From: Chiloscyllium plagiosum
Taxonomy: Eukaryota
Reading direction: 5' to 3'
Assembly (NCBI RefSeq): GCF_004010195.1
Contig: NC_057720.1
Span: 35,938,571 to 36,002,570, forward strand
DNA: 64,000 bases
The notes under the pieces are model-generated. The model was not told where the DNA came from. It made no database searches and saw nothing but the letters and a program-made list of their open reading frames with translations. Every line of letters starts with the position of its first letter. Within the stretch, counting starts at the first letter, position 1. This document shows positions 50,957-64,000 of this stretch, one piece after another. The position numbers and the translations under genes were made by a program.

Positions 50957-51764
50957 ATTGAAAAACACTTATTGTAGCCTGAGGCCAGATTTCATTCAAA
51001 CAAAAGCACCTCCAGGGAGTACAGCTAACTAAAAAGCAGTATCTATAGTGGAAACTATGAGTAAAGCAAACCTCTGCATTCTGTATAACTCTGCCATTTA
51101 CTATAATGGTGCAAGACTAATCTGTAAAAACACTCACTGCTATATCTGATCTTCTGTGTTTTACTAATTCAACAGTTTAACTTTCCAGAAATTGCAGTCT
51201 GTTCAGTATTTTTCTTTTTCCTTCCTGTGATCTGAGTATTGTACTACCTTAAGTTGAAAGAAAAGAATATTAACCTATACCATTAATGCTTTATAGACCA
51301 GTTACTGGAAAATTCATGAGAGCAAATGAGAAGTAATTTTCCCTCTGATTTTTCCTTTCTCCTTTTGGGAAATTTCCATTGTAACATTGCTTCTTCCTCA
51401 CAACATCATTCTGGTAGGTAACTTCATTGCAATCAGAATTTTGGACCAAAACATTAATCCTATCAATGTAAAGTAATCTACGCTAAAGACTTCAAATGTT
51501 GCTTTGGGAATCAGTTAGTTGGTAGGCGACAGCATATCTGCGTAATTGGGAAGTATACTAATTGTGGCTTGTAGAATACAGCTGCAATTGGCAATCTTAA
51601 AGCTGCTATTTCCTGAATTATCAGGGAAAGTGCATCAATGGTTACATCTCGCAACTTTGTTTTTCCTATCCCTCATTACATTAACTACACCTGCTACTTC
51701 CATAATTTAACAATCTACAGGAAGACAAGGACTTGTTTTGCATGTTTGGGCAGGCAGTAAGCAG

Positions 51765-51990
51765 CAACAATGGCAACTTGCATTTATATAGTATCTTTAA
51801 TGTTGTAAATCATCCCAAGACATTTCACAGGAACATTATCAGACAACATTTGATAGTGGATCATGAGATATTTGGACAGATGTCCAAAGCTTGGTCAAGA
51901 AAATACGCTTTAAGGAGGAGTGATACAGAAATAGTGAAGTTTGAAGAAAGAGTTTGAGACATTGAGGCCCAGTATTTGAAGGCTTGTCAA
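51765..51990 (-). mobile_element. L2 LINE 3' fragment (similar at about 44320-44490 and 47925-48180)
   Basis: caacttgcatttatatag...cccaagacatttcacagg...aaagcttggtcaag, an L2-type 3' end. Confidence 0.6.
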
Positions 51991-53669
51991 TGACCAGGTG
52001 CAATGTAATATGAATAAATGTAAAGTAATGTACTTGTAGATAGAAACGGGAAGATGATTATAGGATTAATAGAAAAATATTGTCCAAGGTTGTTTTGGAT
52101 AGAATCTTAAGTTCATAATAAATGAATTGATCAAGAATTCAGCCAATATCTGACAGGTGCTTGGAAAAAAACCATAGAATTTTGTGATCCTGAAGAAAGA
52201 AGAATAGAGATTAGAATGAGATAATTGATTTACTATTTTATGGATAAAGCACCCAAATAGTTATTATGTATGGTTTTGGAATCCATTCTGTGAAGTTAAC
52301 CAGTGAAAGCTCTTGCATCAACTTTCTCCAAGTATCTATATTTAACTAGAACTATCCTTCTAACTCATTATAAAATACTTCTCCTGGAGTCGATAACATA
52401 GCCTGGGGAAGCCCCAGGACTTCTGGCAAAATGCAAAGGGGAAATATTCTTTTTCCACTTGGGCCTAGAGATTCACGTGGGATAGTGTTTGAAATTATAT
52501 GCTGGTGTAGAATGGCAATAGCGAATTAGTAGCACCATATAAACAATTTGAAAGGATTTGTTCACCATTACCAATTTAGACACTATTGTATAAAGTCTAA
52601 ATCTGTATAATTAATGAGGTGAAATGCAGAAGATCATGTGAGGAAATATTCCTTGGGCCTATGTTTCAAGCTATTGTCAGCTTTCCTTAAACAAGTATCT
52701 TTAATGTTGGTGAATATGTGTGTTTCACTTTCCAATACCTACCTTAATGCCAATGCAGGAAAGTACATATTTTAACATTCTCTGAAATACCTTTATTGCA
52801 TTTAGTGTTAATCTCTGATTAACAGCTGCTTGAATGAGCCAACAGTGCTATTAGTGCATTTGATTTGTTGTTGTTCTCCTCTGGAGGAGCTTTCTGTACT
52901 AATTGTCATTAAGGCATACATTTTGAACTCTACACCATTGAGGACAGGATTTTAGTTTTGATAAATGTGAAAAATGCCTGAGGACTGGGTTAGAAATCAT
53001 AGCTATAATGGAATGAAATGATAATGCACATATTCTATACTATCATCAGGTGGGAATTAAACTTAGTTCAATCAGCCATATGAAGTTGGCAACAGCAAAA
53101 TGAATTCCTAAAATTGTATACGTCTGGATTTACAATATATTTTTCCTTAAGGATTTTACTTTTCAGTGAATTTTGTGACAATCCTGTTGAGGCTGTTTGT
53201 ACTTAAAGAGAAATTTGAACATTGGTTATTAACTGAAAGACTGACACCACAAGATTCCATGATTTGAAACAAATTAATTCTATCGCACAAGAATCAAGTA
53301 AAAATGTTTCGAGTAATAGCTATTACTTTGTATTAAAAGGCATAATCAGACCGAACGACATAAGCCTGAGTATTCCCATTAGCAGTAAAAGTGTAGTGTG
53401 AGAGCATTTCATGGCATCCACTCCTCTTTGGCCCAAGGAATATTTCCTCACATGATCTTCTGCATTTCACCTCATTAATTATACAGCTAAGATGTCAGAC
53501 ACATTAGGGAATAGCATAGCAAACAAAGCGCAAGTTCTCACCACTGCCTTCTGGCCTCAATGCTTCTAGCACCATATGTAAAGCCCAGTGGCTCTACACT
53601 TCAGATACTGCATGACAGGAACTTCCCCTCACAATGTGTTGGTTGATCTTTATCACCAAAGAGATGACC

Positions 53670-53912
53670 CAGAAGAAAGGCAAGTTCGTTCCCCACTGCA
53701 CCACCAGAAAACTGGAAATGTCATTGGGATGGGGTGAGGGAGAAGAGATCAGTCCTCTTACCAGCAGATCTTCAGAATAGGCTATGCCACCAGTTAGAGC
53801 CAGACTGGTCCCGAAAAGCAGTACGCATCAGTGTAGGGTCCTCCAGAATCTCAAGTAGTGCTGTAGTTAAAAAAAAAAAAGCCCCTGATCGTCTGTGCTC
53901 TGCAAAGATGAG
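53670..53912 (+). pseudogene. Harbinger ORF2 (Myb/SANT-like) remnant
   Basis: KGKFVPH...LEM...GVREKRSVLLP.D...W...AVRIS...KK..DRLCSAK. A putative next exon ttgcag|GAAAAACTGGCCCAT (EKLAH) lies at about 54540. Confidence 0.55.
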
Positions 53913-54179
53913 TACCATCATCTTTCTGCTGCCTTACACACAAGAGGCCAGTATTCACTCCACTCTGCTATTGCACACATATCTGACCAATGCTGATGGA
54001 CCATAACCCTCAGTGTTGCATGTGTCATAACCATTTGAGTGCTCACCCACCTCATCCTCCCAGACTACTACCCATTCCTGCCTTCCATTCTTCTCATTCA
54101 CTCAATGGGGCCACTTTTCTTGCTTAAGCATGCCACTAACTGCTTTTGCACATACTTTTATCAGACTCAATCATAAAAT

Positions 54180-54524
54180 TCATAGAATCCCTACAGTGTG
54201 GAAACAGGCCATTGGGCACAACAAGTACACACCAATCCTCCGAAGAGTAACCCATTCCGACCCATTCCTTATTACTCTACATTTACCCCTAACTAATGCA
54301 CCTAACCTACACATCCCTGAACACTGTAGGCAATTTTAGTATGGCCAATTCACTTAAACAGCACATCTTTGTATTGTGGGAGGAAACAGGAGCATCTGGA
54401 GGAAACCCATGCAAACATGGGGAGAATGTGCAAACTCCATACAGACAGTCACTCGAGGCTAGAATCGAATCCAGGTCCCTGGCTCTGAGGCAACAGTGCT
54501 AACCACTGAGCCACTGTACCGCCC
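54180..54524 (-). mobile_element. HE1-like V-SINE
   Basis: Reverse complement of the 7937-8266 family. Confidence 0.88.
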
Positions 54525-54584
54525 TTTGTTTCATTGCAGGAAAAACTGGCCCATTGCCTGAACTGACGTCTCAACAACACCCGA

Positions 54585-55350
54585 CTCATCTGCCTGTAAT
54601 CCTTGGCCTGCCTGCAATTTTCCTGCAAGATTGACCGTCACCAATACCTTGTGGTGTAATCAGATAAGCCCTTTGACTAATCATGACAGTAACCATTGAC
54701 TGACTATAGTCCAGGTTCACCTCACCAAAGATTCTTCCCCTTTGAATTGCACATATTTTCATTAGCTTGAAGTATTTGGTGTGTGTTTTCTGTGTAACTA
54801 CTGGCACATGCTACAAGCATGATGTAGCATAGTGTTGTTCAGTGACATGTCCACCCTTTGCTTGATTGACAGATTAACTGTTCAGTCCTCCCCACCATCA
54901 CAGTGCTGCCTGTCTCGCCCTCTGCATTAAAAAGCAAGGCAAACAGTAGAGATTGGCAGCCAGTGAGAGCTCAAGAGCTTGTGTGCTTAGATGTGACCCA
55001 CACTGAAATTGACAGCATCCAAGTAAGTGCTAACATCAGTGAGTACAAACAAAGCAATGTCAGTGCAGAGATATCCTGCGCAGATGCCTGAGATGCGTGG
55101 CTGCACTTGCTCGCCAAGTGACCTGGCAGAAGCATGCAAGACTTAGGTGTCTGTCAGTTCTAAAATAAAGCATGGAAGCAAAGGAATGATGACCGGCATG
55201 GTCCAACAGCAGGCATAATAATATGGTGGTTTGTTGATGCCAAGTTGCATCAAGTGGATAAAGATTGAAAGAAGATGGTGCCATTGAACATGAAAGGCTA
55301 CTGTGCAGTTAAAATTCCATGTTGGCCAGGGCAGGTGTTGGTGTGCTGCA
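54585..55350. promoter_or_regulatory. Candidate conserved non-coding block
   Basis: Long unique TE-free stretch with TAATC, AGATAA and TGATTGACAG (Pbx/Meis-like) motifs. Inference only. Confidence 0.45.
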
Positions 55351-55930
55351 GTCATCAGGTATACACGCTCTTTGCCCTTTCGGGTTTTTACAAAGTCTGG
55401 TTTCTCACTGGAGGGAAGGAGAATTGAATGCAATGTAGAATAGGGTATTTCCTCTGTTTGTTTAAGGTGAGGTATGACTAACATTTATCTTTTATTTAAA
55501 ACAAAACAATGTTGAAAACCATTTAACAAAGCTAACTTATCAGTAGTTTGTCAAGACATAGAGCATAAACCCAAATCCCTTTTTATTTTCTAATTCCACC
55601 CAAGAGTTCCATTAAACATTTTAAGTTCTTGATAATCCATTTGCTTGTCCTTCTAGAACTCAAACCATGTATGCCATAGCCTTCCATAAATCACTTAATA
55701 TTTTTCTCTTCTCATCTCGTCTCTTCTCTTCCCTTCTCTCATTAATCTAACTAACTTCTCTTTTCTTCCTTCATGTCCAGGCAAGATAAATCTTCCAGTC
55801 TCTATTCCCCCTAGAACTTGCCTCTAAACTGAAAATGAACCCTAACTCGTGACGAATAATAAAGCACTTCTTAGTCATGGAAATTTGTTATGATGTGGTC
55901 ATAGGAATGAAGGAAGGAACTTAGGAACAG

Positions 55931-56122
55931 TTTAGATTAGATTAGATTACATTACAGTGTGGAAACAGGCCCTTCGGCCCAACAAGTCCACACCGACCCG
56001 CCGAAGCGAACCCACCCATACCCCTACCCCTACATTTACCCCTTACCTAACACTACGAGCAATTTAGCATGGCCAATTCACCTGGCCCTGCACATCTTTG
56101 GACTGTGGGAGGAAACCGGAGC
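55931..56122 (-). mobile_element. 5'-truncated HE1-like SINE with (TTAGA)n tail
   Basis: Near-identical reverse complement of 8070-8260. Confidence 0.9.
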
Positions 56123-57999
56123 ATCAACCTACTCTATTTGTCTATTTGTCCCTTTTGTCCTGCTGTGACACTCAGTAAGATTATGGTTGATCTAGCTGTG
56201 GTCTCAGCTCCACACCATAAACTTTGATTCTGTTGTATATCGATAATCAATCTAACTCCGCCTAGACGCTGATGTTATGCAGCAAGTACTTTGCATACCA
56301 GTCACAAATATCAGTCGGATAAATGACCAACAGCTGAGTTTGATGCGTTCTTGCCAGTGGGTTTATGGATGAGGTTGAGGATGTAAAATTCTTCAGATCG
56401 TCTTCCCACTGATTCTACACCCACCCGATCAACCATTTTGTCATGAGACAGGAGAGGCCAAGGCCATCATTAGCTCATCTGAGGCCCCTAAGTAGCCTAG
56501 AACATCACCTTGCTTAGGCTGCATGTGGGAAGATCACGGGGTGTCTCCTGCAATAGCCTCCGTTCAAAGCTGAGTTGCCCCCACAGTTGCTCTCTCCACT
56601 CCTCATCCTAGACATCTCTCCCAGTCGCAAGATACCTGCTCTTGACTGTTCGTGAACTCCCAAGATTTGGAATCTGGGAATGGTTGCAATCTCAGTCCTG
56701 ACCAGTGCACAACTGGCAGTATTTGAGCTTCTGAGCCAATGACCAGTCAGATTAGTGAACAGCACTCGAAGGTGGGACTTCCTGCCAAGTGAGAGGTGGT
56801 TGTCCCACCTCCTGCCAACTAACAAACCTCCTGTTCAACAATAGTCCCCACTTTCTGGAAGTCTTACCCCAAGCAATTTGTTTCAGAAATTAGTAAGGTG
56901 TCTTGACAGGTGAATGTTGTCTAGGACACAGAAAACTTCCCCATGCCTTTAACTGGACATAGGAGCAAGAGCAGTCCATTTGGTCCTTTGGGTCTGCTCT
57001 ATCACCAATTACATCACGACAGATCTGGTCTGAACTCCACTTCGCTCTTTGTCACACCCCTTCTCCACCCAACCACTCACCAACCTATCAAAGTGGGCAA
57101 GTGGAAACATCTTCTCAGAAGCCACCTCATGATTTTATTGAGACATATATGATCCTGTGTCTTTCTTTTAAATTATTGGGCAAAGGCCAGTCTATTCTAT
57201 CTATTTTTCTGAAATCTACCTGAGTAGGTTGATGGTACCTCAATTAAACATTTCATCCAAATGATTTCTTTCATTTTGGCATGCAAATACTTCTAGTCCA
57301 GGTATTCTTCAGATCAAATCAAGAACAAAGCCTCATCTCCTTTGGTTCAGGACTATGATTCAACCTTAACCTCAAGAATACTCCTACTTTTTCATTTGAA
57401 ATTTCTTGTTCTTTGCACCAACCATTCTTAAAGTCTGCTTGCAGTGATTTTGCAAGCAATTATTAGAATATGGACAGTTTTGTATAATGGACTTACATCT
57501 GATGGAACAGAAGTTAAAATTGTCTTTTCTCATTTTATTCTGGATCTTTTACAACACTGAGAATAAAAAAAGTGCATCAGCAACCTGAATATCTTCTCCC
57601 TGAGTTAAAAGTACTAATCTGTTTCACTGTACAGTTCTTGCTATAAAAGCATTGTAATTAATTTTTTTTTTCTTCTTTTTAAACTTCACCTTCGGGGGTA
57701 ACCTTGATGATTGATTTGGTTAATATTCCAATCTTCAGCTCCCCCAATCCACTCAACACTTTCATAGATAGGGACTGTAAAACAGAAACTATTCAGTAGC
57801 TTGTGTCAGTCAGTTTTTAAGACTTTACACAATTGTGCACTCTTGGAAAGGAGATGTTTCTCATCATTCCTTCCTCTTACTCCCCTAACGTTTCATGCAC
57901 AAAACATATTGAACAAACATTCTACACTCAGTCTTTATCACCGTTGTCTTCAAAGCAGTAAATGGTATGACATTTAGATATTAAGATAAGAGCCCATGA

Positions 58000-59993
58000 C
58001 TTTAGATTTATTAGACTAGCATGGGTAGAGGATTGGCTAACTAATAGAAGACAGCGAGTTGGGATTGCCGGGCATTATCAGGATTACAACCTGTAACTGA
58101 TGGAGTTCCCCAGGTATCAGTGCTGGGGCCACAGTTACTTATAAATATATATTAATGATTGGATGATGGAAGTGATTGAGCTATCGCCAGGTTTATGAAT
58201 GGCACAGAAATAGATGAGATTATATTACTTACATTGTGGAAACAGGCCCTTCGGCCCAACAAGTCCACACCGACCCTCCGAAGAACAACCCATCCAGACC
58301 CATTCCCCTACATTTACCCCTTCTCCTAACACTACAGGCAATTTAGCATGGCCAATTCACCTAACCTGCACATTTTTGGACTGTGGGAGGGAACCGGAGC
58401 ACCCGGAGGAAACCCACGCAGACACTGAGAATGTGTAAACTCCACACAGACAGTTGCCTGAGGCTGGAATTGAACCCATGTCTCTGGCGCTGTGAGGCAG
58501 TAGTGCTAGCCACCGTGCCGCCAAATATTGGCAGGTTAAGTGAGTGGATTAAAACTTGGCAGGGAGAATTTTGTGGGAAGACAAGTGCTGAGGATGTCAC
58601 AAAAAGTACAGAAAGTTTTTTTAAGATTAGATTCCCAACAGTGTGGAAACAAGCCCTTTGGCCCACACCCATTTCCCTCTGACTAAAGCACCTAACACTA
58701 TGGGTAATTTAGCATGGCCAATTCACCTGGCCTGCATGAGGAAACCGGATCACCCGGGGGAAACCCACACAGACATGGGGAGAATGTGCAAACTCCACAT
58801 AGACAGTTGTCTGAGGCCGGAATTGAACCTGGGACTCTGCTGCTGTGAAGTAGCAGTGCTAACCACTGAGCCACCATGCTGCCCCAATCTTGGCAGGTTA
58901 AGTGAGTGGGTTAAAACTTGGCAGAGAGAATTTTGTGTAGGAAAATGTGAGGTTATGCACTTAGGCAAGGGGAATAGGAAGGAAGAATATTATTTAAATG
59001 TTAAATACTGCAGATAAAAGGGAAGGCAGATGAAATGTTGACCTTTATTTTAAAGCGAATAGTGGATTAAAATAGGAAGGTCTTGCTAAAACTTTGAGGC
59101 ACTAGGCAGACCACAGCTGGAATACTGTGAACTGTTTTGATCCACTTATGGAAGTAAAGATATGGTGGTTAGCACTGCTGCCTCATACTGCTTGGGACCC
59201 GGGTTCAATTCCAGCCTTGGGCGACTGTCTGTGTGGAGTTTGCACAATCTCTCCATGTCTACGTGGGTTTCTGCCATGTGTTCTGGTTTCCTCCCACAGC
59301 CCAAAGATGTTCAGGTTAGGTGGATTGGCCATATTAAATTGCCCCATGGTGTGCAGTCTAGCAGTCTTTTCCAGCACCACTCTAATCTAAATTCTGGTTT
59401 CCAGCATCTGCAGTCCTCACTTTTGCCTTGCAGTCGAGCAGGGTTAAGTATGGTAAATGTGGAATTACATGGATACAGTGTGATGCTCTTCAGTGGGTCG
59501 GTGCAGACTTAATGGGCTGAATGCCTTATCTGCACTGTAAGGATTCTTTGATTCTATGACGTAGGAATACAGAGATGGTTCACTGGATTGATTTTGTGAA
59601 TGGAGGGATTTTCTTATGAAGAGAGGTTGACTTATATTCAGAGGAGTTTACAAGAATAAGAGATGACCTTACTGAAACATAAGATTGTTAGGAGGCTTAA
59701 GAGGGTAGATACACAGACCTTGTCACAGAGTTTAGGACAGAGATAAGGATTTTTTTCTCTATCTCAGAGGGTGGGCAATATGTGGGATTTTTATTCCAGA
59801 GGGCTGTCAAGACAGAGTAGTTAAATATATTCAAGGATGAGAGACATTTTTGATCAATAAGGAAAACATGGTTGATAGGATAAAGCAGACAAATGAAATT
59901 GAGAATTATCAGTCTCAGCTGTGATCTCATTTGATGGAGGAGCAGATTTGATGGGCCAAAAGGTGAACTTCTCCACATTTTATGTCCTTATGG
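58000..59993 (+). mobile_element. Old CR1 fragment interrupted by three HE1 SINEs (58214-58521 -, 58622-58882 -, 59162-59558 +)
   Basis: GVPQVSVLGPQLLINIY, GRLSEWVKTWQREFCVGKCEVMHLG and a CR1 3' UTR. SINE A/B boxes and V-domains are visible. Confidence 0.8.
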
Positions 59994-60334
59994 TGTTAGT
60001 TAAATGTTTTTTGACCTAACTGTCTCCTGCTGTGAGATTTACAGTTGACTGACTCTGTTCAGGAATTGAATTCTATCTCTAAGCAAATAGTGTGAGTGTT
60101 AACTTCCTCTAGAAGCGCAAGTAACGTGACATTTTATCCACTTTACAGAAGGAGAAAATCCTATTGATTTATCATTGTATTTGAGAATTAGGGAGACATG
60201 GAAATGACAACAAAACCTATACAAGAAGTTTATGAATACAGGTGTTCTTTGTAAATGAGGATGTTGAACTCTCCAAAATACATGGTCACAATGGTAGTAT
60301 TGAAATCTCTCATCAAATAATATGTGTCGCATGG

Positions 60335-62558
60335 AGCAAGAGCGAGTATTGTCATGGATGGTAATTCAGAGACCCACATAACGCTCTGGGGACCCAGATT
60401 CAAATCTCACCATGTTAGGTGGTGGAATTTGCATTTAAAAATTGAAGAATTGAGCAACTAGTTATGACCGTGAAGCAGTTGTTGACTGTCATAAAAATCA
60501 CTATAGGGTTGCAAGAGCACAGAATGTACTCTGGCTAGGAGACTTCACTGTCCATCACCAAGAGTTACCTATTGTTCCGCTGTTGACTGAGCTGGTCAAG
60601 GTCTAAAGACCACAACTGCTCGACTGGGTCTCCAACAGTTGTTGATGGAACCAACAAGAGTAAAAAATACACTTGACCTCTTCCTCACCAATCTGCTTAC
60701 CACAGATGCATCTGCCCATGACAGTATCGGTAAAAGTGACCACCACACAGTCCTTGTGGAGACAAAGTCCCATGTTCATATTGAGAATACACTCCATCAT
60801 GTAGTGTGGCATTATCACGATGCTTAAAATAATAGATTTTAAAAGACCTAGCAATCCAAATCTGGGCATCTATGAGGTTCTATGGGTCATCAGCATTAGC
60901 TGAACTGTCCTCAAGTCAATTTGCAACTTCATGGCCTGTCATATTACCCATTCCACTATTGCCCACTAAAGCCCTGTTTCAGTGAAGAATGCAGGAGTAG
61001 GCACCAGATGCATAAGTGGTGATTCCACAACCAACAGATTAGTTCTAAGCTCTGCAGTCCTGCCACATCCGGTCTCAAATATCTCCATGCTCAATGAAAG
61101 CGGAACCCAGCATATCAATGCAACAGATAAAGTTGAAGTCTTTACAACAGTCTTGAGCCAGGTTTGGCCTACATGTGAGTCAAGATCTACAGCAACTTGA
61201 CTCTTAATTACTCTCTGAAATGACCCTGCAAACTACTCCGTACGAAGAAAGTTAATGATGGATAAAAAGTATGGAAACATCAGGGAAGCAAAATTAGAGT
61301 CAATGTGAATCAGGGATAATTCTGTCCAGCTTGGAGTCATACCTAGCACAAAGACAGATGATTGTGGATAATGAAGCTCTGGTTTCTCAACTCCTGAACA
61401 TCTCTGTCAACATTCCATTGCATACTGTCCTGGCCCCAACTATCTTCAGCTGCTTCATCAATGATCCTCCCTCAATCATAAGGTGGGAATGTTTGCTGAT
61501 GTGTGCACAATGTTCACCATTTGGAACTCCTCAGATTCTGAAGCAGTTCATGCCAAAATGCAGAAAGACCTGGATGATATCCAGGTTTGAACTGAAAAGT
61601 GGCAAATAACATTTGTGCTACACAATGCTTAGCAATGACTATCTGAAACAAAATAATCTAACCACGCTCCTTGCTGTTCAATGACGTTATCATCAATGAA
61701 TCCCCCACTCCCAATATACTGGAAATTGCCATTGACTCGAAACCAACCTAGATTAGCCATATAAATACTGTGGCTACAAAACCAGAACAATCCTACAGTA
61801 AATAATCCACCTTCTGGTTCATCGACAAAGCACAAATCAGGAGTCTGGTGGAACACTTCCCATTTGTTTGGATAATTGCTTGGATAAATCCAACAACACT
61901 CTCAAAACTTGACACCACAAAGCAACTTGCTTGATTGGCAGCACATCCTCAAACATTCACTCCCTCCACTAATGACACACATTACCAACAGTGTGTGCCA
62001 TGTCTCAAGGTGCACTACAGAAATTCTTTGAACAGCTCCTTCCAAACTCATGACCACGACCATCTTGAACGGCAAGGGCAGCAGATACATTGGAAAATCA
62101 CCACCTACAAGTTCCCCTTGAAGTCACTCACCATTGTGGCTGGGAAACATATTATCAATCTTTCATTGTCATGGGTCAAATCCTGGAATTCCCTTTCTAA
62201 CAAGATTAAAGTCTACCTTACCAAATAGACTGCAGCAATTTCAGAAGACAACTCTTGCAAAGAAGACATCTGCAATAGCAACTGTATGTATGGAATGAGC
62301 TGCCAGAGGAAGTGGTAGAAGAGAGTACAATTACAACATTGAAAAGGCACCGGGATGGATATATGAAGAGGAAGGGTTTCGAGGGATATGGAGCAAATGA
62401 CTGTATATGGGACTAGATCAGATTGGGATGTCTGGTTGGTGCAGGTGAGTTGGACTAAAGGGTCTGTTTCCGTGCTGCATGACTCTATGACTCTAATTAA
62501 GGTTGGGCAACAAATGCTAGTTAGCTAGTTAAAATCACATTCTCTGAATCAATAAAAG
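60335..62558 (+). mobile_element. Interleaved tRNA-SINE and CR1-group LINE (APE endonuclease + RT remnants), with a CR1 3' insert at about 62282-62493
   Basis: NVLWLGDFTVHH, TRVKNTLDLFLTN...GKSDHHTVL, LAPTIFSCFIND, FADVC. SINE segments match 31497-31860. Confidence 0.75.
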
Positions 62559-63431
62559 AAAGACAGAGGAGGAAGATAAGTTCAGTGTTACATGTAAAAA
62601 TTGAATGCAGCATTTCATCCTCACACTGAAACCAGTGAAACACTGCGTACTTCTGCAAATATAGTATGAACTGTAAAATAATAACTAAACCCAAAATGTA
62701 AATGATTGTCATACGAATGTCTTTCAAACAAAGAGTGAGCTTGTGCATTATTGTATGGAGTATTACAATATTATTGCAGGGTGAAAATGAAGCTGAAAGA
62801 TGAATTACAAAACATGTCACCAAAACCTATCTTAAGTCATAATATTCTGATGCAATTTTTAGGACATTTTTTTATTTTTAGTTTTCTCGATCTCCTTTTT
62901 TTTTCCTGCATGGTTTATAAACCTCTTGATACCATTCTCCTAATCAGCATTGAAGGTGCCTGAGAGTAGACTGAACTTGCAAGTAATTTTCTTCACTTTT
63001 GTAGTTTGGCCTGTCCCACATAATATTCCATGGCAAAGATTGCAGACAGTTAAATTACTTCCATGTTTCTACCACTATTCCTCATAACCAGCTGCTAGTT
63101 GGGTGAGAAGAACCAAAATGCCATACCATCTAGATCTCTCCTTCTCTGTTCTGTCACGAGCCCCCTTAAGCTGTTAAGGATATCAGCCGATAATCCATCC
63201 TCAGATCTGTGCAAGTGCCTGTTTATGTTTGCCTTCAAGAGGTCTAGAGGATACAAGCGGAATTACTCTACCATTTCACTTTTCTTACATGTAAAGTAGT
63301 GCTTATTATCTGCTTGACACCTTCATTGGGTAATACAACGGTAATAAAGAACTAGGTTTGTGAAGGATTGTCCAAAAGACACACATACTGTTCGTCAAAA
63401 GTACAGTGCATTTTTTTAAAAGTCCAGTACA

Positions 63432-63650
63432 AAAGCACAGTACTGTCGATGCTGGAAATCTGAAATGAGAACAAAATTGCTGGAAAAACTGAGCAGGTCA
63501 GGCAACATCTGTGGAAACAAATAGTGTTAATGTTTCAAGATGGTAAACCTGCTGTGTTTTTTCAGCAAAACACAGCAGGTTTATCATCTTGAAACATTTC
63601 CACAGATGTTGCCTGACCTGCTCAGTTTTTCCAGCATATTGTTATTTTCA
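63432..63650. mobile_element. Fold-back PLE-derived hairpin
   Basis: Near-perfect arms over 63478-63636 around a ttcagc loop. Confidence 0.8.
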
Positions 63651-63770
63651 AGCCTATGATCTAGTTCCTTCTGTTTAAGTTGTGACTTATAACTCTGTTT
63701 ATATCTCATCCCAGTAAATTAGCCCTGGTGTAATCCTTCCCCCATCCCCACAAATTGTTCAAGGAAGAAG

Positions 63771-63885
63771 TTAGGAGAAAATTAGGACTGCAGATGCTGG
63801 AGATCAGAGTTAAGAGTGTAATGCTGGAAAACCCCAAACGTCGAATCTCCTGCTCCTCGGATGCTGCCTGACCTGCTGTGCTTCT
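63771..63885. mobile_element. Rearranged PLE family A mini-element
   Basis: Inverted tail (ggagaaa...ctgcagatgctggagatcagag) followed by forward aaacgtcgaatctcctgctcctcggatgctgcctgacc. Confidence 0.75.
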
Positions 63886-64000
63886 CACGAAAGTAGTTAC
63901 AAACCAATCCAAACCATTGTGCAGCATATTTTGTTGTGCAGTCAGGTGGTCCAGCAAAATGCTGCATAAACTTTCTGTAAAGTTGTGCATGAATTTATCA

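Overview
Vertebrate genomic DNA, almost certainly a shark: it carries HE1/V-SINEs, shark-type CR1/L2 LINEs and Penelope-like elements (PLEs). The only host coding sequence I can support is a 73-bp internal exon of ERI3 at 28515-28587 (+), so the window is very probably two large ERI3 introns. Most ORF-track entries are decayed transposon fragments or noise. Mobile elements include a decayed Gypsy LTR element with a related solo LTR, many CR1/L2 fragments, tRNA-derived SINEs, Harbinger transposase and Myb/SANT remnants, and MITEs. The most striking theme is a dense set of PLE ends from at least 3-4 families carrying minimal type-I hammerhead ribozyme motifs (CTGA[AT]GA-stem II-GAAA-palindromic helix III). 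Several are 130-290 bp insertions with 11-15 bp TSDs, some forming fold-back hairpins. Several TE-free islands look like conserved non-coding enhancers (inference only). Repeat boundaries are approximate unless TSDs are quoted.
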